DNA from: an uncultured bacterium
GTDB lineage: Bacteria; UBP4; UBA4092
DNA: 38,373 bases
NCBI GenBank assembly: GCA_964644695.1
Contig: CAZXWN010000018.1
Span: forward strand, 1-38,373
Direction: 5' to 3'
The translations under genes were made by a program, and so were the position numbers. The notes below the pieces were generated by a model, which was not told the origin of the DNA, did not search any database, and saw nothing but the letters and a program-made list of their open reading frames with translations. Below are positions 19,300-30,499 of this stretch, piece by piece; the stretch's first letter is position 1, and the number at the start of each line of letters is the position of its first letter.

Positions 19300-19916
19300 T
19301 GCGAGACGTCATCATAACCCTTTGCATTTTTGCCTGTATCGTCGGTGGAATCATTTTAGGAGCCACAGGACTGGTACCCAGTACGACAATCTCTCAACTG
19401 GATTCGTATGCCTGGTATTTATTGGAACTCCTTATTTTTCTGGTAGGAATTGATTTGGGAATCAATCATATCTGGAAACGACTCAAGGCGGTAGGTTGGA
19501 ATATGCTGTTATTGCCTGTGGCGGTCATTTTAGGTTCTTTCATGGGAGGAATAATTGCCACCGTTCTGTTGCAGTTCCCTTTCATGAAGGGGATGTGTCT
19601 GACCGGAGGCCTTGGATGGTATTCACTGACTTCAATTCTCATGGATAAATGGATGGGACCTGAAATGGGTGCCCTCGCCTTTATTTCCAATGTGATTCGG
19701 GAAATGCTCACCATGTTATGTTTTCCCCTGCTGCACCGCATGGGACTTTCAATACCCGGAATGGCTATGGGCGGCGCTACCACGATGGACAGCACTTTGG
19801 TCCTCATCAATCGGGTATCAGGACCCGAATATGCTTTCCTCGCCTTTTTTCAGGGCCTGATAATAACCTTGATCGTTCCTTTCCTCGTTCCAATCCTGGC
19901 TATGTTCTGTAAATAA
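19299..19916 (+). CDS. LysO (YbjE/DUF340) family exporter
   Basis: LIFLVGIDLG, GLGWYSLTS, SNVIRE, GGATTMDSTL motifs. Confidence 0.88.
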   Translation: MRDVIITLCIFACIVGGIILGATGLVPSTTISQLDSYAWYLLELLIFLVGIDLGINHIWKRLKAVGWNMLLLPVAVILGSFMGGIIATVLLQFPFMKGMCLTGGLGWYSLTSILMDKWMGPEMGALAFISNVIREMLTMLCFPLLHRMGLSIPGMAMGGATTMDSTLVLINRVSGPEYAFLAFFQGLIITLIVPFLVPILAMFCK

Positions 19917-19935
19917 TCACCGTTAATGAGCAGAC

Positions 19936-19979
19936 AAAAAAAATCCCCCTCTCAAGGGGGTTAGGGAGGGAGAGGGGGT
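19936..19979 (-). terminator. Minus-strand intrinsic terminator
   Basis: ccccctctc...gagaggggg stem preceded on the + strand by an A8 run (U-tail on the minus strand). Confidence 0.65.
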
Positions 19980-20166
19980 ACTTGTAATGAGAGTAAAACT
20001 TTTAGTCAATCGCGCTCGTCAGAAAGACAATCCCCAAACTTTTATCATTTTTTAAATCCTTTAATGTCGTATCTATTTAATTACTAAACACTTTGAATAA
20101 GCAGAGCGTCTCCTAGGCCATTTGCCCTACAACTATTTTTAAAAAAATCGAAAATAATTTGATTTT

Positions 20167-20631
20167 TTATGAAAAATCTCTCGGATCGGGGTCAAAACGG
20201 GTATTTCCGAGCAAAAAAGGATGTTCTGAGGCAGTATTTCCCGAGATTCGATAGTTTCGAATCTGAGGAAAACCGGGGTTGGTGAGGGAAACAATAAGAT
20301 AGAAAACGGATGGAGAATAGGCTCGCTCGATATCCTGAAGAGAAATGTCCGGGGGTGTATGGGGGTGGGAATGATAAATACCTACTAATTGGAGCTTCTT
20401 CTTACGGATATCTTTCATGGCGGAATACTGGTCTTTAGGGTCGAGTAAATAATTGGAGTTGGGGTGGGTATGTGTATTAGTTCCTGGATAAACCTGAAAC
20501 ACTTGGGCTGAACCATCAGAATCAAACCGTCCCCCCAGTAATCCACAGGCTTCCCGGGACAGGTCTTTACGCAAATGAGAAATAATCATTTCCCAACACG
20601 TATCCGGAATTGAAAAGAAAGGTTTAACCAT
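20167..20631 (-). CDS. JAB/MPN (M67 family, Mec-like) metallopeptidase
   Basis: EACGLLGG...GIYHSHP..PPDISLQD (JAMM E-HxH-S-D motif). Confidence 0.9.
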   Translation of the reverse strand: MVKPFFSIPDTCWEMIISHLRKDLSREACGLLGGRFDSDGSAQVFQVYPGTNTHTHPNSNYLLDPKDQYSAMKDIRKKKLQLVGIYHSHPHTPPDISLQDIERAYSPSVFYLIVSLTNPGFPQIRNYRISGNTASEHPFLLGNTRFDPDPRDFS

Positions 20632-20634
20632 AAT

Positions 20635-21222
20635 TTACATGAGAATATACCCTCTGAAGAGTAACAAAATTAGAGCAGAGGACACCCCGATTGTAATATT
20701 ATCATCCCAAGGCAGGGGTAAGGATTCCAAGAATCCAGCAACCAATGAAGCAATGAGAACTCCCAACCAGATTCCATTCCAAGTCAAAGCTGGAGTCGTC
20801 CATAACATCATGCCCATCGCCGCCAAAAACCCTAACAACCCAAAGAAGAAGGTTCCTTCGATGGTTTTTGAACGATTCCAAGACCAATAATGCCATCCCA
20901 CCCATCGGCTCACCAAGTCAGAAGAAGCGTCCCCGATAGCCAAAATAGCCCATGCCCCGGCAACGACATCCTTATACTGCCATGGAACAACCAAAACCAG
21001 GATCAAAATCGTTACGGGATACGACATGATTCCTCTGAGAAGATGGGAAGATTTCTCCCAGGGCCGAATAATTTCCGGGAAGAGTCGAGGCAGGAGCCAG
21101 AGATTAAATAAGACTGCCATAAAAACGAGGATAGCCGAAGGATATTTACCCATAAAACGCAGGGTAAACGCCCATACTAAAAAGAGGATATGGAGTACCT
21201 TCCGTTTATCTTCACTTAACAT
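20635..21222 (-). CDS. Phytol/dolichol kinase-like (CTP-transferase family) membrane protein
   Basis: RKVLH, GDASSDLV, KTIEGT, ESLP...DDNITI motifs. Confidence 0.8.
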   Translation of the reverse strand: MLSEDKRKVLHILFLVWAFTLRFMGKYPSAILVFMAVLFNLWLLPRLFPEIIRPWEKSSHLLRGIMSYPVTILILVLVVPWQYKDVVAGAWAILAIGDASSDLVSRWVGWHYWSWNRSKTIEGTFFFGLLGFLAAMGMMLWTTPALTWNGIWLGVLIASLVAGFLESLPLPWDDNITIGVSSALILLLFRGYILM

Positions 21223-21265
21223 GAATCCATGATACCAGATTCATCGGAAGAATATGAGACCTGAA

Positions 21266-21745
21266 TCAACTGTTTGAAGAAACAGAGGCTGAAGCGGGTG
21301 TGTTCATCAACTCAATGAATTTTATCAGCGTATCTGTTGAAGGGTTTCCCCGTTTCAGGTACCGGATAACACCCTCTTTATCTATGATGATGACGGTCCG
21401 TTGTACAAAGTTTATCAGTGGAAACAGAACCCCATAATTATGACTAATGGACTTATCTTCATCCGCAATCAGGGGGATTTTAAATCCGAACCGCTTCTGG
21501 TATTCCTGGTGTTTCTCCAAAGATACGGGATTAATGGCTAAAACGACAGTATTACACTCGGAAAATCGTTCCAAATCCCGGTTAAATTCATTTAATTGTT
21601 GATTACAGACAGGGGTGTCATTTGCCACATAGAAACAAAGGATAACATTGGATTTACCCCGATAACTGGATAGTTGTATGGTCCCTTCCGTAGAGATACA
21701 AACAAAGTCGGGAGCCACATCACCTGGTTTAATCTTATCGGACAT
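21266..21745 (-). CDS. Peroxiredoxin (BCP/AhpE-like)
   Basis: GDVAPDF, FYVANDTPVC, LIAD, RTVIIIDKEGVIRY. Confidence 0.88.
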   Translation of the reverse strand: MSDKIKPGDVAPDFVCISTEGTIQLSSYRGKSNVILCFYVANDTPVCNQQLNEFNRDLERFSECNTVVLAINPVSLEKHQEYQKRFGFKIPLIADEDKSISHNYGVLFPLINFVQRTVIIIDKEGVIRYLKRGNPSTDTLIKFIELMNTPASASVSSNS

Positions 21746-21865
21746 AATCTACTCCTCTACAACAATACTTACATATAATAACCAAGGGTGTAACCAGATA
21801 ATTCCCAAATAATACAATTTTGGGCAGACCCTCTTCGCTTCTGCTCCAGTGGTGCACCATAAGTA

Positions 21866-21915
21866 AACCTGATTATCAAACCAATAACACACAATTTTGG
21901 TTCGATAATCAGGTT
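21866..21915 (-). terminator. 19-bp-arm hairpin directly after the GH2 stop codon
   Basis: aacctgattatcaaaccaa-N12-ttggttcgataatcaggtt; the single mismatch is a G-U pair in minus-strand RNA. Confidence 0.6.
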
Positions 21916-21927
21916 ATTCAGGTTAAG

Positions 21928-24996
<3,069 letters not shown>

Positions 24997-25012
24997 TCAG
25001 AATAAGGGTGGT

Positions 25013-25981
25013 TTAGCCGCGTAAGATTGACAATACTTCTTGATATACAGCCGGAGGGTCTTGAATAAACTGTTTCAATTCTCCGGATACAGGATGGATA
25101 AATTGAATCTCCCGCGCATGCAACATACAGCCCTCGGACTTTTCAAATAAATCCGTGAACTTATGGGTCAACCTATTATACTGGGAAGGACCATATACCA
25201 TATCCCCCATAACCGGATGTCCTAAATAAGACATATGAACCCGAATTTGGTGAGTCCGACCGGTAGTTAATTGACACTCTACCAATCCAAATTTCATTAA
25301 CTCAGAACCCATTTTGTATTGAAACTGTTCCAGCTGATGATAATGTGTGCCGGCCATTCGGCCGCCTTCCTGGACAACAGTTACTTTCTTCCTATCTTTT
25401 GAATCCCTTGCTAATTGAGTTTCAATAAATCCCTCAGGAGAGTGAAAGACACCATTCACCACAGCCCAGTATTTACGAGTAAGTGTCCGGTGCTTTAATT
25501 GGGAGGAAAGAGAATGGTGAGCTTTATCCGTCTTTGCCACGAGCATCAGGCCAGAGGTAACTTTGTCCAACCGGTGAACAATACCAGGGCGTTGAACCCC
25601 ATTAATTCCAGACAAATCTGCAAAACGAAACAGGAGGGCGTGTACCAGCGTCCCTGAATAGTTACCACAGGCAGGATGGACCACCATTCCTGTTGGCTTG
25701 TTTATGACTGCCAGTTGATCATCCTCATACACGACATCCACAGGAATGTCTTCGGGAATGATATCAATATTCTCTGGTTCCGGGACATTTAATTCTATTT
25801 TGTCCCCTGTTGTAATTTTGTGACTGGGACGAATAAAATGGGCATTTACTCGGATATGACCTTCCTGGACCAAGTGTTGAATATAGCTTCGGGAAAGGCC
25901 CAGGTCCTGATGGGAAAGATAAACATCTAATCGTTCCCGGGTCACGTTTTCAGGAATGATTATTTCTAGTTGGCGTGGCAT
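25013..25981 (-). CDS. rluD: RluA-family pseudouridine synthase with S4 domain (RluD-like)
   Basis: RLDVYL, NKPTGMVVHP, RPGIVHRLDK.TSG, TGRTHQIRVH. Confidence 0.92.
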   Translation of the reverse strand: MPRQLEIIIPENVTRERLDVYLSHQDLGLSRSYIQHLVQEGHIRVNAHFIRPSHKITTGDKIELNVPEPENIDIIPEDIPVDVVYEDDQLAVINKPTGMVVHPACGNYSGTLVHALLFRFADLSGINGVQRPGIVHRLDKVTSGLMLVAKTDKAHHSLSSQLKHRTLTRKYWAVVNGVFHSPEGFIETQLARDSKDRKKVTVVQEGGRMAGTHYHQLEQFQYKMGSELMKFGLVECQLTTGRTHQIRVHMSYLGHPVMGDMVYGPSQYNRLTHKFTDLFEKSEGCMLHAREIQFIHPVSGELKQFIQDPPAVYQEVLSILRG

Positions 25982-25996
25982 GAGTGAGGTTTGACC

Positions 25997-27076
25997 CTAC
26001 TTCTTTTCCTGCACTGAATAGACTTCTGGTTTAAGAACTCCAACATAAGGTAATTGGCGATACCGCTCCCCATAATCCAGTCCATATCCCACAACAAATT
26101 CATCTGGGATATCAAAACCAACATAATGGAGTTCCGCCTCACAAGTTCGAGTTGTCTTCTTGTTCAATAATACACAGGTTTTCAATGAGGCTGGTTTGCG
26201 AGAGTTAATATGGTCCACAATGTATCTTAATGTCCGGCCAGAATCATAGATATCTTCCACAATGATGATATCTTTTCCTTCCACATCTTGTTTTAAATCC
26301 ATCACCAGCTTAACATTTCCAGAAGAGGTGGTCTTATCACCATAACTGGACACGGTCATCAAGTCGAATTTACAGGGGATAGTTATTTCACGAAGTAAAT
26401 CTGAAAGAAAGAATAAAGAGCCTTTAAGAACGGATATAAAAACCGGCTCTCGGCCTGCATAATCCTCGGAAATAGCTCGAGCTAAATCCTTTGTTCGTTT
26501 GAACAACTGTCTTTCATTAATCATTATTTTTAATATATCGGGATGTCCGTGAAGAACACCTTCACCATGAATAATTGGCTGTTCCATGGAAGACCTTTCT
26601 GCCATACTCGGCACTGCGGGCGTTTCGCCCGGATGTAGTACCTGCCATATTTCCTTACGAGCTCGAGTCAGGGTAATTCCGTTTTTGTTCAAAATCCGGT
26701 AGGCGATTCCTGTCCCTTCCCGAATCAAACCTAATAACAGATGTTCTGTCCCGACATGGTAATGCCCGAGCAACTGGGCTTCTTGTCGAGCTGATTCAAT
26801 GACATTTAAACCCGTTGGACACATCCTGATAGATTCCAAATCTAGATCATTGGCCACAGGTCGAGACTGAATAGATAAGTGAATAATTTCCCGGCGCATC
26901 AAATCCAAATCAGGATCAAATCGTAATATGGCCTGAATCCCGGGATTGTCATTAGACTCAAGTAAAGATAACAGGATATGTTCAGTGTCGATTTGACGGT
27001 GTTTCATCCGGAAAGCAATTTCCCGGGCACCCATCATAACAATATCCTGAGATTGTTCATTTAGTGATAACCGCAT
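25997..27076 (-). CDS. hpt: Fusion of a Clp N-terminal repeat domain and hypoxanthine phosphoribosyltransferase
   Basis: N-terminal IDTEHILLSLL and EAQLLGHYHVGTEHLLLGLIREGTGIA; C-terminal VLKGS..F.SDL, SSYG, IIVEDIYDSGRTL, FVVGYGLDY.E.YR.LPY; single uninterrupted frame. Confidence 0.9.
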   Translation of the reverse strand: MRLSLNEQSQDIVMMGAREIAFRMKHRQIDTEHILLSLLESNDNPGIQAILRFDPDLDLMRREIIHLSIQSRPVANDLDLESIRMCPTGLNVIESARQEAQLLGHYHVGTEHLLLGLIREGTGIAYRILNKNGITLTRARKEIWQVLHPGETPAVPSMAERSSMEQPIIHGEGVLHGHPDILKIMINERQLFKRTKDLARAISEDYAGREPVFISVLKGSLFFLSDLLREITIPCKFDLMTVSSYGDKTTSSGNVKLVMDLKQDVEGKDIIIVEDIYDSGRTLRYIVDHINSRKPASLKTCVLLNKKTTRTCEAELHYVGFDIPDEFVVGYGLDYGERYRQLPYVGVLKPEVYSVQEKK

Positions 27077-27102
27077 AATTTCCTATCTCTATTTTATGGC
27101 GA

Positions 27103-27876
27103 TTATTCGCCAGTAACAATGGAAACCCCGGCGCTTGCACCAATTCGGGTCGCTCCCGCCTCCACCATAGCCATAGCAACAATGGAGTCTCGAATACCAC
27201 CCGCAGCCTTTACACCGAACTTTGGTCCCATCACAGAGCGCATCAGTTTCACATCATCAACTTCAGCACCCCGAGGGCCAAATCCTGTGGAAGTCTTTAC
27301 ATAATCAGCTTGAGCAGCCTTTGCTATCAAACAGGCTTTGACTTTTTCCTCATCTGTAAGATAACAAGTTTCGATAATTACCTTCAGGAGACTCTCTCCA
27401 CAAATCCGTTTTAACATCAAAATTTCTTCATAGACCTGGGTATACATACCAGACTTCAGCAGTCCGATGGGGATAACCATGTCAATCTCATCAGCACCAT
27501 CTTTCAAAGCAGATTGGGTTTCAAACGCTTTTACTTCTTCAGTAGTGGCACCTAAAGGGAATCCAACGACTGTACAAACTTTTACAGAACTGTCTTCCAA
27601 TTGGTTTTTGGCCAGTTCCACATACACAGGGTTTATACAAACAGATGCAAATCCATGCTCATCAGCTTCGTCACAAAGCTTATAAATCGAAACCGGTAAA
27701 GCATCTGCCTTCAAAATCGTATGATCAATAAAGGGAGCTAAGCCTGTAGCAGAACTTGGAATAATTGGGAACTCTAAAGTACGCACAGGCTCAATCGAAT
27801 CAAAGCTTTTAATTTCATCAGGCTGGTATCCCAGCTGTGGAAGTAATTCCTGTTTAATTTTTTCAATATCGGGCAT
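27103..27876 (-). CDS. deoC: Deoxyribose-phosphate aldolase with N-terminal extension
   Basis: IDHTILK, CTVVGFPLG, GADEIDMV, KVIIET, VKTSTGF, VKAAGGIR; start at ATG 27876 after GGAGG. Confidence 0.95.
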   Translation of the reverse strand: MPDIEKIKQELLPQLGYQPDEIKSFDSIEPVRTLEFPIIPSSATGLAPFIDHTILKADALPVSIYKLCDEADEHGFASVCINPVYVELAKNQLEDSSVKVCTVVGFPLGATTEEVKAFETQSALKDGADEIDMVIPIGLLKSGMYTQVYEEILMLKRICGESLLKVIIETCYLTDEEKVKACLIAKAAQADYVKTSTGFGPRGAEVDDVKLMRSVMGPKFGVKAAGGIRDSIVAMAMVEAGATRIGASAGVSIVTGE

Positions 27877-27897
27877 ACGAAATAACCTCCGTCTCAA

Positions 27898-28767
27898 TTA
27901 CTTATAATATTTACCTATTATGGGTTTCAGGTCTTCCTTTACCTGTGCAGGAATGACACTTGGATTTGTCATAACAGCTGTCTGAAGGGCTGTTCCACAA
28001 GCGCATGTTCGGCTTTCCTGTTCCAGTAAGGGAATCATATTTCGGATAATCTGTTTAGCGTTAGAAACATTACTTTGAAGGTTTTCTATTACCATATCCA
28101 CTGTCACAGAATCATGCTCCTCATGCCAGCAGTCATAATCAGTAACGAAGGTCAGGGCCGCATAACAAATTTCCGCTTCCCTCGCTAATTTAGCTTCAGG
28201 CGAGGTAGTCATACCGATAATATCCATTCCCCAAGATCTGTAAAGATTTGACTCTGCTTTTGTGGAAAAAGCTGGACCTTCCATACATAGCAGTGTCCCG
28301 GCAGAGTGAACATTCAAGGTCAAACCTTCCGTAGCCTGAAGAGCTAACCGCCGCATATTGGGGCAGAAAGGCTCTGCAAAGGCAATATGTCCCACAATAC
28401 CATTTCCAAAAAAAGTATTCGGCATACGACGAGTCCGATCAACTAATTGATCAGGAATCACCAGGTCTCGAGGGCAATAATCAACCCGAAGGGAACCGAC
28501 AGCATTGATACCAATAATTCGTTCTACACCCAGAGATTTCAGTGCCCAGATGTTTGCCCGAACATTCACTTCTGTAGGCAGAATCCGATGCCCACGGCCA
28601 TGTCGGGGAAGAAAGGCAACTTCCCATTCGCCGAGTTTACCAATCATAATTGAATCAGAGGGATCCCCAAATGGAGTTGATATCTTCACCTCACGAAGGT
28701 GGGTCAGCCCTTCAATTTCATATAAACCGCTGCCACCGATTACCGCTACTTTAACTTGCTCACTCAT
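27898..28767 (-). CDS. mtnP: S-methyl-5'-thioadenosine phosphorylase
   Basis: IGGSGLY, TPFGDPS, PRHGRGH, EGPAFSTKAES, IGMT..PEAKLAREAE, VTDYDCW (DxD, adenine-type); ATG 28767 after GGAGG. Confidence 0.95.
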   Translation of the reverse strand: MSEQVKVAVIGGSGLYEIEGLTHLREVKISTPFGDPSDSIMIGKLGEWEVAFLPRHGRGHRILPTEVNVRANIWALKSLGVERIIGINAVGSLRVDYCPRDLVIPDQLVDRTRRMPNTFFGNGIVGHIAFAEPFCPNMRRLALQATEGLTLNVHSAGTLLCMEGPAFSTKAESNLYRSWGMDIIGMTTSPEAKLAREAEICYAALTFVTDYDCWHEEHDSVTVDMVIENLQSNVSNAKQIIRNMIPLLEQESRTCACGTALQTAVMTNPSVIPAQVKEDLKPIIGKYYK

Positions 28768-28871
28768 ATTCACATCCTCCGGTGAATCACATTAAGTCCA
28801 AACAGGTACCCATTCAATATAGATATAGTTTTTCATTATATCGTATCCGAGAACTGCAGGGAGTCAAACCA

Positions 28872-30338
28872 TCAGGGGCGAGATTCTACTCGGATAATCA
28901 CAGTCTCAAAAGACTGGGGGAAATAGCGATATAAAAGGGCTTCCGGCCTGCTGGTCACCTGTGGCGTCACCATAATATCCGGTAACAAGGGTAAAGTGCG
29001 CGCAGTAAATTGAGCTTCCGGAATAATTACAAACCGCCGATTAATCTGACCCAGTTCGTAAGCTAAATCCGTTTGAATATTATGAAGACAAATATAATCA
29101 CCTGGCTGGACTAGCGCCAAATCATAGTATTCAACGGGCAACCCACTCCAGAACCGAATTTTAGAATTAGTGGTTCCCTGCCGATATATCTCATTATCAA
29201 AAATTCGTTTCCCAGCAAGTTTATCTCTCATGTAATCCGCGGCCTGGTGAATATCTCCAAAGGTGCCTCGCTGTACATATAACGATACTATTGCAAACAA
29301 AAGACTGTACAATATCATAAAACCAACAACACTCTTCCTCCAAACCCTGTTATTTACCTCTTGTAGCTGAATTGCACCACAGGCACTAACAACAATCGTT
29401 AGGGATATCAGAGGGAGAAAATATCTAAACTGAAAAGACTGGAAGGGGGCATGTGCCGCCAGCCAGGCCATCCACAGATAAACAAGTAAACCTATCATAA
29501 ACTTAAAAGATCTATTCCAGTGTCCACAGAACAGGGCATAAAGGAAGACAATAAAAACAGGGTAAGTCGCTACATAGGGGAAGAAGGTGACAAAACCTTC
29601 ACCCATTGTCAGATATGCCGCTAATGTCGTGAAAGTATCGGTCGCCGTGCGTTCCATATACTGACCCATATGACCCGATCCGCGATAACTCCACCAAAGA
29701 GGTAACATCACCCAGGACACAAAGGCTGTCACCCAAACACTTAAATTGGATGGCTTAAAAAGCATTTTGAATGATACCTTCCTGCGAACCGTCATCCAAC
29801 CCAGTATCGGGAATAAAGCCATTCCCTGGTATCGTGTCAACACAGCCAACCCACCCGCCAACCAGGCAAATCCAAGATGTTTTATGATAGATTCCCCATC
29901 ATCCTGACTATCCCAAACAGCCACCAGATGTGCCAGACACCAAAGAAACAGGGTGTTAAACAAGGCGTCCGTCATTACCCGATTGTGCCAACGCCATATT
30001 TCAGGAGATACCAGATATAACGCTGCGGCCAAAACACCCGCTCTATGGTTTTTGAGTCGCCGAGCCATAAAATATACAGGGAAAATCCCGGCAACACCTG
30101 AAATCATGGAGACTAGTTTTCCGGAAAGTTCCATATCCCTGAACAAACAGTTCAAACCTTCAGCTAAAACCGTATATAACGGCATAAAAAAGGTATTACT
30201 GGCAGCGGAACTAAATAAAGTCAGCTGGAGAATACCATCAGTGTATTCTCCCTGATTCCAATAGACAAAAATCAACCGGCTGGCTAATCCCAGCAAGAAG
30301 AGTATCCATAACTGTTTTTTCTGATTTCCAGTCATCAT
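28872..30338 (-). CDS. GT-C fold (GT39/PMT_2/ArnT-like) polytopic glycosyltransferase
   Basis: Many TM segments; EYTDG loop, PLY, MTDALF, LTRYQG, FRYFLP. Confidence 0.75.
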   Translation of the reverse strand: MMTGNQKKQLWILFLLGLASRLIFVYWNQGEYTDGILQLTLFSSAASNTFFMPLYTVLAEGLNCLFRDMELSGKLVSMISGVAGIFPVYFMARRLKNHRAGVLAAALYLVSPEIWRWHNRVMTDALFNTLFLWCLAHLVAVWDSQDDGESIIKHLGFAWLAGGLAVLTRYQGMALFPILGWMTVRRKVSFKMLFKPSNLSVWVTAFVSWVMLPLWWSYRGSGHMGQYMERTATDTFTTLAAYLTMGEGFVTFFPYVATYPVFIVFLYALFCGHWNRSFKFMIGLLVYLWMAWLAAHAPFQSFQFRYFLPLISLTIVVSACGAIQLQEVNNRVWRKSVVGFMILYSLLFAIVSLYVQRGTFGDIHQAADYMRDKLAGKRIFDNEIYRQGTTNSKIRFWSGLPVEYYDLALVQPGDYICLHNIQTDLAYELGQINRRFVIIPEAQFTARTLPLLPDIMVTPQVTSRPEALLYRYFPQSFETVIIRVESRP

Positions 30339-30346
30339 TTAGTCGT

Positions 30347-30496
30347 TTAAAAAAGAGTATAGATAAACGGTGCGACAGCGCTGCCACTGGTCAGAATTAT
30401 TAACAGACCAATCAATAACAGAATAATGATCATTGGAAGCAACCACCATTTTTTTCTTTCTTTTAGAAAAAGCCACAAATCTTTAAATAATTCCAT
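30347..30496 (-). CDS. DUF5989 / SxtK-like small membrane protein, 49 aa (absent from the ORF track)
   Basis: MELFKDLWLFLKERKKWWLLPMIIILLLIGLLIILTSGSAVAPFIYTLF*; AAGGA ribosome-binding site. Confidence 0.9.
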   Translation of the reverse strand: MELFKDLWLFLKERKKWWLLPMIIILLLIGLLIILTSGSAVAPFIYTLF

Positions 30497-30499
30497 AAT

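Noticed and set aside
20095-20135. c-di-GMP-I riboswitch suggested by minus-strand GGGCAAA...GACGC
   Set aside because: The GAAA-capped stem and second hairpin are missing, and no substantial gene follows
20167-20631. JAB protein as part of a CBASS or Bil anti-phage system
   Set aside because: No cyclase, E1/E2 or ubiquitin-like gene nearby; housekeeping context
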